Part shown: positions 8,913 to 18,533 of the stretch, in pieces
How positions within the stretch are numbered: the stretch's first letter is position 1
Layout of the letters: the number at the start of each line of letters is the position of its first letter
From: an uncultured Chloroflexia bacterium
Lineage (GTDB): Bacteria; Chloroflexota; Limnocylindria; Limnocylindrales; CSP1-4
Assembly (NCBI GenBank): GCA_963842695.1
Contig: CAWJHK010000015.1
Span: 4,834 to 68,833 of the forward strand
Length of the DNA: 64,000 nucleotides
Reading direction: 5' to 3'
The notes under the pieces: generated by a model
What the model was told of the DNA's origin: nothing
What the model saw: only the letters and a program-made list of their open reading frames with translations
The model's database searches: none
Program-made: the position numbers and the translations under genes

Positions 8913-10991
8913 ATGACGGCGCCGACCGCATTGACCTACCCGACACCGCCCACGGCCGACCAGGTCGACGACTACCACGGCATCGTCGTCGCGGATCCAT
9001 ACCGGCCACTGGAGGACAGCGATTCGCCTGAGACGCGGGCGTGGATCGGGGCTCAGAACGAGCTGACGTCGCACGTCCTCGACCGACATCCCGGGCGTGC
9101 CACGATCCGATCTCGGCTCGCCGAGCTGTGGGACTACCCGCGGGCCGGGGCACCGTGGCGTCGCGGCCGCAGATGGTTCCAGCTCCGCAACACCGGGCTC
9201 CAGGACCAGGACGTCCTGTGGACGGCCGACTCACCGGATGCCGAGGGCTCCATCCTGTTCGATCCGAACGCGCTGAGCGGAGAGGGGACGACCGCGCTGG
9301 CATCGGTGGCCATGGACGACGACGGCCAGCATGTCGCGCTCGCCCTGAGCGACGCCGGATCCGACTGGCGCCGCTGGCGGGTCCTCAGAACCGAGACCGG
9401 CGAGGAGCTGCCGGATCGGATCGAGTGGAGCAAGTTCGCGTCCGCCGCATGGACGCACGACGGTGCCGGCTTCTTCTACTGCCGCTACCCGGAACCGCCC
9501 GCCGACGCCGCATACGACGCGCCGAACCTCGACATGGAGCTGCGCTATCACCGGCTCGGAACGGGTTCCGCGGACGACCCGCTGATCTTTGCCGTCCCCA
9601 CCGAGCCCGAGTGGGGCTTCGATCCGGCGATCTCCGACGACGGCCGACTTCTCATCGTCACCATCTGGCGGGGCACGGATCCGGAGCGCCGGATCCATGT
9701 CGCCGATCTCACCGACGGTGTCGAGGCCGCACGGGTGCGGCCCGTGCTCGATGCGGGCGACGCCGGGTACGACCACATCGCGACGATCGACCGGACGATC
9801 TACCTCCTCACGGATCGCGACGCGCCGCTCGGCCGCGTGATCGCCGTGGACATCGACGATCCGCACCGGCCGCGCGAGGTCATCGCGGAGACGGACGAGG
9901 CGCTGGAACAGGTCGTCCTGGTCGGCGAGCGGCTGGCGGCGGCGTACCTCCACGATGCCCACAGCCGGCTGGCGCTGTTCGACCTCGACGGCCGCCCGGC
10001 CGGGGACGTGCGTCTGCCGGGCATCGGCTCGATCGTCGAGATGTCCGGCCGCCGGCGTGACGACGAGCTGTTCCTGACCTTCGCCAGCTTCGTCTCGCCG
10101 GCGATGGTCCTCGCGGTGCGGATGGATGACGGTAGCGTTCGCGAGGTCGGGCGGCAGGCGCTGGCCTGGGACCCGGGCGACTTCGTCAGCGAGCAGGTCT
10201 TCGTGACATCGGACGACGGGACTCGCGTCCCGTTGTTCCTCACCCGCCGGCGCGACGTCGACCCGACCGGCGACGTGCCGACGCTCCTCTTCGGGTACGG
10301 CGGCTTCCGCATCTCCATCGGACCGGGCTTCAGGCCGGAGTGGCTCGCCTGGATGGAGCGCGGCGGGCTGCTGGTCGTCGCATCACTCCGTGGGGGAGGG
10401 GAGTACGGCACGGCGTGGCACGACGCCGGCCGTCTCGCGGACAAGCAGAACGTCTTCGACGATTTCGCCGCCTGCCTCCGATGGCTGGCGGCGTCTGGGT
10501 GGACCCGTCCGGAGCTGATCGCGATCAGCGGCCGCTCCAACGGTGGGCTGCTCGTTGGAGCGACCATCACCCAGCAGCCCGCGCTGTTCGGCGCCGCCCT
10601 CGCCGAGGTCGGCGTCATGGACATGCTCCGGTTCCATCGGTTCACGATCGGCTGGGGCTGGACGAGCGATTACGGCTCGGCCGACGACCCCGACCAGTTC
10701 CGGACGCTGATCGCGTACTCGCCGCTCCACAACATCAAGCCGGGCGTGGCGTACCCGCCGACGCTCGTCACGACGGGCGATCACGATGACCGCGTCGTCC
10801 CCGGGCATTCGTTCAAGTTCGCGGCAGCACTCCAGGCCGCCCAGGCCGGTGCCGCTCCCGTGATCATCAGGGTCGACACCGACGCCGGGCATGGCCTGGG
10901 CAAGCCCGTCCACAAGCTCATCGACGAGCGGGCCGATGTCCTGACGTTCCTCGAGCTCGCGCTCGAGTCGCTCAGAGACGCCGGGGACTGA
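8913..10991 (+). CDS. Prolyl oligopeptidase (S9A serine peptidase)
   Basis: N-terminal DDYHG..VADPYRPLED, a beta-propeller region, the catalytic GRSNGGLL, ..TGDHDDRV and ..DAGHG. Intact over about 2.1 kb. Confidence 0.9.
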   Translation: MTAPTALTYPTPPTADQVDDYHGIVVADPYRPLEDSDSPETRAWIGAQNELTSHVLDRHPGRATIRSRLAELWDYPRAGAPWRRGRRWFQLRNTGLQDQDVLWTADSPDAEGSILFDPNALSGEGTTALASVAMDDDGQHVALALSDAGSDWRRWRVLRTETGEELPDRIEWSKFASAAWTHDGAGFFYCRYPEPPADAAYDAPNLDMELRYHRLGTGSADDPLIFAVPTEPEWGFDPAISDDGRLLIVTIWRGTDPERRIHVADLTDGVEAARVRPVLDAGDAGYDHIATIDRTIYLLTDRDAPLGRVIAVDIDDPHRPREVIAETDEALEQVVLVGERLAAAYLHDAHSRLALFDLDGRPAGDVRLPGIGSIVEMSGRRRDDELFLTFASFVSPAMVLAVRMDDGSVREVGRQALAWDPGDFVSEQVFVTSDDGTRVPLFLTRRRDVDPTGDVPTLLFGYGGFRISIGPGFRPEWLAWMERGGLLVVASLRGGGEYGTAWHDAGRLADKQNVFDDFAACLRWLAASGWTRPELIAISGRSNGGLLVGATITQQPALFGAALAEVGVMDMLRFHRFTIGWGWTSDYGSADDPDQFRTLIAYSPLHNIKPGVAYPPTLVTTGDHDDRVVPGHSFKFAAALQAAQAGAAPVIIRVDTDAGHGLGKPVHKLIDERADVLTFLELALESLRDAGD

Positions 10992-11694
10992 ACGTCGGAT
11001 CGAGCCGCCACGCGCGGCCGGAGCGCTTCATCCGCGCAATGGCCAGATGTGAGGCCGGCGCGTCCTCGACGACCTCGACCTCGACGACCTCCTCGACCCG
11101 TGAGGCCTCCGCGCCGTCCTGGGTCGGGACCTCGACGAGCGGGCGATCCACGCGTCGTAACGTGACGATCGACGGCGACCGAGCCGACCCGAGCGCGCTC
11201 GTCAACGGCTCGCAGACCAGCAGCTCTTCGCCGTCGGGGCCGACGGCAAGTCCCGGCGTCACGCTGATCTGCCCGCCGTTTGCCTGGCTGGTATGCACGG
11301 AAACGTCGAGCCCCCACACGACGCCAACCCCGTGGAGCAGCAGGTTGTGGCGTCGGTGCTTGTCGCGGAGGTAGTCCTGCTCCGCGCTGAAGTCGTCGAC
11401 GCCCATCACCTTTCCGAAGAAGTACCGGTTCCTGGTCAGCGCCGGAACGTCCGAGCACGAACCCTTCCGAACTCGGTCGGAGAGCTCCTCGACGATCGCG
11501 AGGAGGCGCGCCTGTGCGCGCGGAGAACGATCCTGCCGGTAGAAGAGCAATTCGGCGAGGAACGCGATGAGCTCGACGATCGTGACGCCCGGATCGTGCT
11601 GGTTCGTGTCCGTCCAGTCCGGCGCCACCACGTGAACGCGGTGCGCCAGGTCACGCGCGAGCTTGCGCCACTCACTGTCCGTCAATGTCGTCAC
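10972..11694 (-). CDS. Hypothetical protein resembling the N-terminal region of phage/eCIS baseplate-wedge (gp6/J-like) proteins
   Basis: GTG at 11694 is preceded by AAGGGAGG plus 5 nt. Motifs are APDWTDTNQHDPGVTIVELIAFLAELLFYRQD and NRYFFGKVMGVDDFSAEQDYLRDKHRRHNLLLHGVGVVWGLDV. The function call rests on remembered motifs only. Confidence 0.45.
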   Translation of the reverse strand: MTTLTDSEWRKLARDLAHRVHVVAPDWTDTNQHDPGVTIVELIAFLAELLFYRQDRSPRAQARLLAIVEELSDRVRKGSCSDVPALTRNRYFFGKVMGVDDFSAEQDYLRDKHRRHNLLLHGVGVVWGLDVSVHTSQANGGQISVTPGLAVGPDGEELLVCEPLTSALGSARSPSIVTLRRVDRPLVEVPTQDGAEASRVEEVVEVEVVEDAPASHLAIARMKRSGRAWRLDPTFSPRRL

Positions 11695-11851
11695 GTTCGC
11701 CTCCCTTGGTCGCGGCGGGGAGCCGCCCCCGAGGAACATACCCGGGTCGCAGAGCGGTAGTAGTACCCAATGTCCCTTGCGGACGCGCCACCCCGTGCCC
11801 CAGACTCCGCGGAGCATCGGAGGGGAGTCGAGGGGAAAGGGAACAGAACGA

Positions 11852-14800
11852 GTGCCGCGACGCGCCGGGATCGCCGCCCTGCTCCTCGCGCTCGCGGCCG
11901 GCCTGCTCCCATCGGGGATGCCCGGGGCGACCATCGTCGCCGCCGCCGAGCCCACACCCGCGCGCGAGCGCGCAGTCGGACCGGGCGGCATCACGCACCT
12001 GCCGCAGGTCCCGCCACCGCCCGGCGCCCGAGGGCACGCGGCCCGGCGCGGCGACCTGCGAACACGCCGACGGCCAGGTCATCGTCAAGTTCAAGCCGCA
12101 CGCCAAGGCCTCGGCCCACGCCGCCGCGTACAAGGCCGTCAAGGGCAAACCCGTCAAGAAGCTGCGCACGGTGCCCGGCCTGGAGATCGTCGAAACCCGG
12201 CTGACGCCGGAGCGCGCGGGCCGCGCGCTGAAGGACGATCCGGCGGTCGAGTACGTCGAGCCCGACTGCGTGGTGAAGCTCGACACGACCCCGAACGATC
12301 CCGACTTCGGCGACCTGTGGGGTCTGGCCAACACCGGACAGGCTGGCGGGACCCCAGGCGCGGACATCGGAGCCGCCGAGGCGTGGGACGTCCGGACCGA
12401 CGCCAGCGCGGTCACCGTGGCGGTCATCGACACCGGGATCCAGCGCAACCACCCGGACCTGCTCGCGAACGGCTGGACGAACACCGACGAGATCGCCGGC
12501 AACGGTATCGACGACGACCACAACGGCTACGTCGACGACCGGATCGGCTGGGACTGGGTGAACGGCGATGCGAACCCGGACGACGACTACTTCCACGGCA
12601 CGCACGTCGCGGGCACGATCGGCGCTCGCGGCAACAACGCCATAGGCGTGGCGGGGGTCGCCTGGCAGGTCAAGCTGATGGCGTTGAAGGCGTTCGACGC
12701 GAACGGCAGCGCCCAGACGAGCACCATCATCTCGGCGATCGACTATGCCGCGGCGAACGACGCGACAGTCATCAACGCCAGCTTCGGCACCACCGAGTTC
12801 TCGCGGGCGATGTACGACGCGTTCGAGGCAGCCGGTCAGGCGGGGGTTCTCACCGTCGCGGCCGCGGGGAACGACAGCAAGAACGCCGACGCATCACCCG
12901 GGTACCCGGGGGCATTCCGGCTCGACACGCTCATCTCGGTCGCCGCGACGACTCGCCGCGACGAGCTCGCGAGCTTCTCGAACTACGGCATCCACAACGT
13001 CCTGGTCGCGGCACCCGGCGAGTCCATCCTCAGCACAGTGCCCGGGAACGGCTACGGCACGGCGAGCGGCACGTCGATGGCGACGCCGCATGTCACCGGC
13101 GTCGCGGCACTGCTGGCCGCCCAGCACCCGACATGGACGCCCAAGCAGCTGCGCGACCGGATCCTCGGCACCGTCCGCGCGGTCCCGGCGCTCGACGGCA
13201 AGGCCTGGACCGGCGGCGTGGTCGACGCAGGCGCCGCGCTGGGGAACGGGCCCACCGTCCTGCCGCCCGATCCGCCGGCACCGACGCCGGTCGCGCTGGC
13301 GCCCACGACCCTTGCCGACCCGGCACCGACGCCCGCCACCGCGCCGGCCCCACCCGACTATCCCGATCCCGACGTCGTCGATTCCTCGCCCGCCGACCTC
13401 AGCGCGCCGGAGATCGCGTTCGACTCGACGGGCGTGCCGTACGTCGCGTACGTGCGCCGGTTCGACGGGGTCCACCTCGCGTCGCGACCCGGGAGCGACT
13501 GGACCGACAAGCAGCTGACGACCGCGTACGACGACATCTACCACCTCGACCTCGCCGTCGGTGGTGACGACATCCCGCAGGTCGCCGTGCAACGCGTCTG
13601 GGGCGATCTCGCCACCTACTCCGACCCGGGGATCGTCGTCGCACGCTCCGAGAGCGGCGATCCCGACGTGCAGCGCGTGACCGCAGCCTGCCCACAGGCC
13701 GACTCGTGCTTCTGGGACTGGAACCCGGCGACGGCCGCCGACGCCTCGGGCGCCCTCCACGTCGCGTTCACCCGCACCGCGGCCTGGGACCAGGACATGG
13801 TCAAGGCACCGGCCGGCAGCTCGTCGCCCGTGCCCGGCAACGGCCTCTATTACGCGACGGACGAGGGCGGCACGTGGACGGTCCGCCAACTGATCGACGG
13901 CGGCAACGGCGGTGTGCCCGCGATCGCGGTCGAGGGCGACGGCACGGTCCATATCGTCGTCAGCCTTGTCGACGGCTCGGACTCGGGGCTCTACTACGCC
14001 ACCAACGAGGGCGGGACGTGGTCGCTGCTCCGGCTCACCACGGACGTGACCGACACCTCGGCCAGCGTCGCGGTCGACGCCAGCGGAGGGGTCCACGTCG
14101 CCTGGGCGAGGTTCGGCCTTGGGGTCTGGTACCGCCACCGCGCGCCCGCCGGGACCTGGGATGCGGAGGTTCGGCTGGTCGACGATGCCGCGTACCAGGT
14201 GGGTCTGGCGGTGGACGGCGGTGGACATGTCCACGCCGTGATCGGACGGATGGACGCCACCAACACCGTCAACGGGATCATGTACGCGACGAACGCCAGC
14301 GGTCCGTGGGTGGCGACCCCCGTGGGAGGATCGGTCGCGGCGTACCCGAGCATCGCCGTGGACGGCGACGGGACCGTCGGCATCGCCTACCTCGACTACA
14401 CCGACCCACCGATCGGGATCGCCGTCGCGCTGAAGGTCGGCAGCACCTTCCAGTACTCACGCGTCCGCGAGTTCAGTGACACGGCCGGCGCCCCCCTCCC
14501 CCTGGCCCATGCCGTCGATGCCAACGGACACAGCCACGTCGTCGTCGGACGCGGATGGGGGAGCTCGGATCCGGGCGTCTGGTACGCGACCGACGCATCC
14601 GGCACCTGGCAGCTCGAGAAGATCGCGCACGGGTACCCGAACGCCGTGGCGATCGCGGTCGACCAGCTTGGGCGTCCCCACGTGGCGTTCGAACAGACGC
14701 CCCAGGACCAGGTCGGGCCGCCGGTGACCCAGCGCGTCGGCTACGCGGTCCGAACGAACGGCTCGTGGACCATCCAGAGCATCACGGGGGCCGACTACGG

Positions 14801-16502
14801 CGAGGGAGTTGCGATCGCCCTCGACGCCGCGGGCACGCCGAACGTCCTCTGGCCGAACAGCGGAGGGACCGCACTGCTGCGCGGGCGCCCGTCGGGCGGC
14901 GGATGGACGATCGACACGGCGTATGGCGGCCCTGGGTTCTTTGTCCGCCAGCCTGCCGCCGTGTTCGATCCCACGAATGTGCTCCACGTCACCTTCGACG
15001 CCTCGTTCTCGGGCGTGGACGGGTCGCGGCTGATGTACGCCAAGCGAACGGCCTCGGCATGGAGCAACGCAACGGTCGCCGGTGGCGGCGTGTACCACTT
15101 CTACCCATCGATCGCCCGGACCGCGTCGGGTGCGCTGTGGATCGCCGACTGGCGGGCGGGGCAGGACACCGCCAATGACGGCGTCTGGGCGTACACCAGC
15201 AACGGTGGTGCGTGGACGGCGACGAACCTCGGCAACAGCGCTGCCGATGCGTACGCGTCCGTGGCCGTCGACGCAGCCGGCCGGGTTCGCGTCGCGTGGA
15301 GCCGCACCTGGTACTACTCGTCGTCCGGTTGCTCGGTGCCGATGTGCCTCGCCGGCCCGGGCCTCCGGGAGAGCGTCCTCGACGGCGGGTCGTGGACGAC
15401 GACCAAGCTGTCGGCGTACTGGCATGACCTGTTCGCGAAGACCGCCAGCGGCCCTGACGGGGCCATCCGGATCGTGTGGGAGCGGCTGGAGATCGGCCTG
15501 CGCGCGCTCACGACGGTGGCAGGTGTCGACACGATCGCTCCCGCCGCGACGATCACGCCGTCCAAGACGGCGACCAACGCAGCGACCGTCGACTACGCCG
15601 TCCAGTTCAGCGAGCCGGTGACCGGGCTGACCGCCACCGACTTCAGCCTGACCGGGACGGCCGCGGGGTGCGTCGTCGACGCGCCGACGGGGTCGGGTAC
15701 AAGCTGGACGGTCATGGTGAGCGGGTGCGGCGCGGGCACGCTGTCGGTCGGGCTCGCGGCGGGTTCCGTCCTCGATGGAGCCTCGAATGCGGGTCCCTCC
15801 GGCCTCGTGACACGCCGCAACGGTGACGATCGACCGGACGGCACCGTCGGTCACGGCACCGACGCTCACGCCGCGCTTGAACGCCTCGCTATCGGGCACG
15901 GCTATCCCGATCACGGTGTCCTGGACCGGGGCCGATGCGGGCTCGGGCGTGGCGACATACACGCTCGAGCGCAGCACCAATGGCGGCGGGACGTGGTCGG
16001 TCGTCGCGAGCGGTTTGACCGGGACGTCCCGCGACACGACGATGGCGTCCTCGGGAACGGATCGGTTCCGGGTGCGGGCGATCGACAAGGCCGGCAATTC
16101 TCGACCAATGCCACCGCCGCGACGCTCACGGGCCGTCTCGTCCAGCAGGGGTCGTCGGCGGTGACCTACAAGGGGACATGGAGGAAGGCGACATCGGGCG
16201 TCTACTCGGGCGGGTCGTCGCGCTACACGAGGGTCGCGAACCGCTCGGCAAAGTACACGTTCACCGGCCGGTCGATCGCCCTGATCTCGTCTCGCGCATC
16301 GAACCGCGGCAAGGTCCGGATCTTCATCAACGGCGTCGACCAGGGCGTCGTCAACCTCTATAGGTCCAGCACCCAGCACCGGGCTGTCGTCTGGCAGCGA
16401 ACCTGGTCTGCGACGGTCACCGTCACCATCCGCGTCGTAGCCCTGGGCCAGCCGAGCGCCCGGCCGCGCGTGGACGTCGACGCGTTCGTCCGGATCCAGT
16501 AG
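11852..16502 (+). pseudogene. Giant secreted subtilisin-like (S8) serine protease with repeat-rich C-terminal region; frame breaks near 12040, 15812 and 16100
   Basis: The signal peptide (VPRRAGIAALLLALAAGLLPSG..AAAEP) is in the frame of ORF 11663. It is followed by an I9-like propeptide (GQVIVKFKP..) and the catalytic D (AVIDTGI), H (HGTHVAGTIG) and S (GTSMATPHVTG). A Pro-rich linker leads to about 18 repeats with ..YYATDEGGTWT../..SGPW../..GGAWT.. cores, then an Ig-like, an FN3-like (frame of ORF 15823) and a jelly-roll-like tail. Confidence 0.9.
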
Positions 16503-16625
16503 CCCGCTCGGAGCGGGCCAGGAATGAACAAATCCGTCCCCGGAAGCGTCATTAAGGGTGTAACACCCGCGCGCCACGCTGTCCCGTAGCTGCCGGCGCA
16601 GGCGCGAGGGGAGGGGAGTGGCGTC

Positions 16626-17096
16626 ATGGCGACCTTGATCGAGCGGATCGACCTGCCACCGGCTCGCGAGAGCCCCTACTGGCGGATGGCCCTGACCGTG
16701 TTCCTGCGCAGTGCGCCGACGCCGGTCATGCAGCGCATCCGCGCGCGCGACCCCAAGGTGCCCATCGAGGAGTTCGTCATCGTCGGCCGTAGGAGTGGGG
16801 CCGAGCGGCACTACCTGCTCAACCACATCCAGGTCGAAGGCCGGCGCTACGTCGCCAACCCGAATGGCACCTCCCAGTGGGTCCGGAACCTTGCGGCGGC
16901 AGGCGTCCTCACGATGATCGACCGGGCAGGCACGACCGAGCGCCTGACGGCGACCGAGGTCGGGGACGGTCCAGAGCGCGACGCTGCGATCGCGTGGACC
17001 GCCACCATGCCGCCCCCGGCCGGCATGGTCTACGGCGCTGCGGCGGGCCACATCCGTGCGGCCGGCCGCTTCTTCCGCCTCGAGCCGTCGAGCTGA
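16626..17096 (+). CDS. Probable second deazaflavin-dependent nitroreductase-family (PF04075-like) protein
   Basis: ..FVIVGRRSGAERHYLLNHIQVEGRRYVANPNGTSQWVRNLAAAG... GAGGGGAGGGGAG Shine-Dalgarno. Confidence 0.5.
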   Translation: MATLIERIDLPPARESPYWRMALTVFLRSAPTPVMQRIRARDPKVPIEEFVIVGRRSGAERHYLLNHIQVEGRRYVANPNGTSQWVRNLAAAGVLTMIDRAGTTERLTATEVGDGPERDAAIAWTATMPPPAGMVYGAAAGHIRAAGRFFRLEPSS

Positions 17097-17103
17097 GTCG
17101 ACC

Positions 17104-17892
17104 CTAGGACGCTTGCACGAAGTCCGCGAGAGCCGGGTCGACCTGCTCTCGGAGGACTGCCGCGAGCGAGTCGTCGTCGAGCCGGAACGCGTCGAACAGG
17201 CGCCGGACCGTGGCCTCGCCGCCGCGGTCGTGGAGGTCGGCGGCCAGCAGCTGGAGCCTGAACTGGAACCAGACGTAGTTGGGCCCGGGCATCGCCGAGT
17301 AGGCTCGCTCGAAGTCGTCCCACGTCCGGTATTCCCACGCTTCGGCCGCCATCCCGGCGGCCAGACGCGGCAGGGTGAGCAGGATCGGCAGCGATCCGGG
17401 GGCACGGCGCTCGACCCAGGCGTGCAGACACAGGTTCGCGAAGAGCTCCGAGAGCCACAACCGCGGGAAGTGCACAACGCCCTGGCTGAACAGGTGGCCG
17501 ACCTCGTGGACGGCGACCAGGTCGAAGAACGGCCCGAACCGCAGCTCGCCGTCGCCCTGGGCGTACATCGCATCGAGCTCCGGTCGGTCTTCCGCGGCGA
17601 CCATCTCGGCCAGTCCGGCCCAGAACGGGGCCTCGGTGCCTGCGACCGTCAGCGTTCCGTCTCCCGCGTTCGGGAGCCCGTACAGCGAGACCTCGGACTT
17701 CTTCGCCCAGTCGTCCTCGGACAGCACCAGGACCTGCGCCTCGGGCCGACGATCCAGCAGCTCCGCCAGGTATTCGTACGAATCGGAGGCGATCCGGCCG
17801 ATCGCCGCCGCGGCCCCCTCGAGCCCCTCGCTCGCGAAGGTCGGCAGGCCGCCCGGGACCTCGACCAGGCCGTCGCGCAGCTCGGTTCTCAT
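17104..17892 (-). CDS. Hypothetical protein with HExxH motif (putative zinc metallopeptidase)
   Basis: 262 aa with AVHEVGHLF. GAGGAGGG Shine-Dalgarno before the ATG at 17892. No family recognised. Confidence 0.5.
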   Translation of the reverse strand: MRTELRDGLVEVPGGLPTFASEGLEGAAAAIGRIASDSYEYLAELLDRRPEAQVLVLSEDDWAKKSEVSLYGLPNAGDGTLTVAGTEAPFWAGLAEMVAAEDRPELDAMYAQGDGELRFGPFFDLVAVHEVGHLFSQGVVHFPRLWLSELFANLCLHAWVERRAPGSLPILLTLPRLAAGMAAEAWEYRTWDDFERAYSAMPGPNYVWFQFRLQLLAADLHDRGGEATVRRLFDAFRLDDDSLAAVLREQVDPALADFVQAS

Positions 17893-18016
17893 CGACCCTC
17901 CTCAATCCTCGACTCGGATGATCGTACTTGCGGCCCGTCGGCGGGGGAGGAGATCCTCGGGACGCTCTACAGACGCTCGAGCCGGAAGGTTTTCATTCGT
18001 CGAGAGTTGGAGCCGG

Positions 18017-18254
18017 TCATTCCCCGGGCGTCTCGAGCCATCCTTCGCGGATCGCGCGGGTTGCGAGTTCGGTGCGCGAGGCGACATCGGCGCGCTCGAA
18101 GATCCGCGTCAGATGGCTCTCGACCGTCTTGGCGCTGATACCCAGTCGAACCGCGATCTCGGCTCTTTCGCGTCGTCTTCAACCTGATCATCTCGGGATC
18201 ACGCCGCGCCGAGGTGGCTCGGCGCGGGTCGATGAAGCAGGTGTTCGATGACAT
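18017..18254 (-). pseudogene. GerE/LuxR-type HTH-only gene remnant, one frame break near 18165
   Basis: The reverse strand reads ..AEIAVRLGISAKTVESHLTRIFERADVASRTELATRAIREGWLETPGE* (stop 18017-18019). A possible N-terminus, MSSNTCFIDPRRATSARRDPEMIRLKTTRKS, lies in the adjacent frame. There is no receiver or other N-terminal domain. Confidence 0.4.
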
Positions 18255-18501
18255 CGTCGATGAGTCGCCCGAGACCTGGCTCCTGTCCTCAGAGCGAAGC
18301 CGTGCCGTGAATGTCGCGTTGCGAGCCTGCGGCGCGGACGGACGGACGGGGCTCATTCTCGCGGCACAGGGATACTCCGGACGCGATATCGCGGCAATCC
18401 TCGGACGCAGCGAAGGGGCAACTCGCACGCTCATCTGTCGCACTCGCCAACATGTCCGCCGCGAGCTGAACACGATGGACCCATCGCCTGTCGCGAGCTG
18501 A
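18214..18501 (+). CDS. Sigma-70 region-4-only ORF (ECF sigma remnant or stand-alone HTH)
   Basis: ..ERSRAVNVALRACGADGRTGLILAAQGYSGRDIAAILGRSEGATRTLICRTRQHVRRELN fits the region 4.2 HTH pattern. No region 2 is present upstream. GC3 is lower than in the neighbours. Confidence 0.4.
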   Translation: MARRGSMKQVFDDIVDESPETWLLSSERSRAVNVALRACGADGRTGLILAAQGYSGRDIAAILGRSEGATRTLICRTRQHVRRELNTMDPSPVAS

Positions 18502-18533
18502 TCAAGCCGGCGCCTGACCGTCGCGCTGCGGGA

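Noticed and set aside
10972-16502. Prophage or complete contractile injection system
   Set aside because: Only one baseplate-like N-terminal module is present. There are no sheath, tube, spike, tape-measure, terminase, capsid or integrase genes anywhere in the window.
14457-17573. 1038-aa ORF on the minus strand
   Set aside because: It is antisense to the S8 protease and the two downstream genes. The sequence is Arg/Pro/Gly-rich and low-complexity, as expected for shadow frames in high-GC DNA. No motifs were found.
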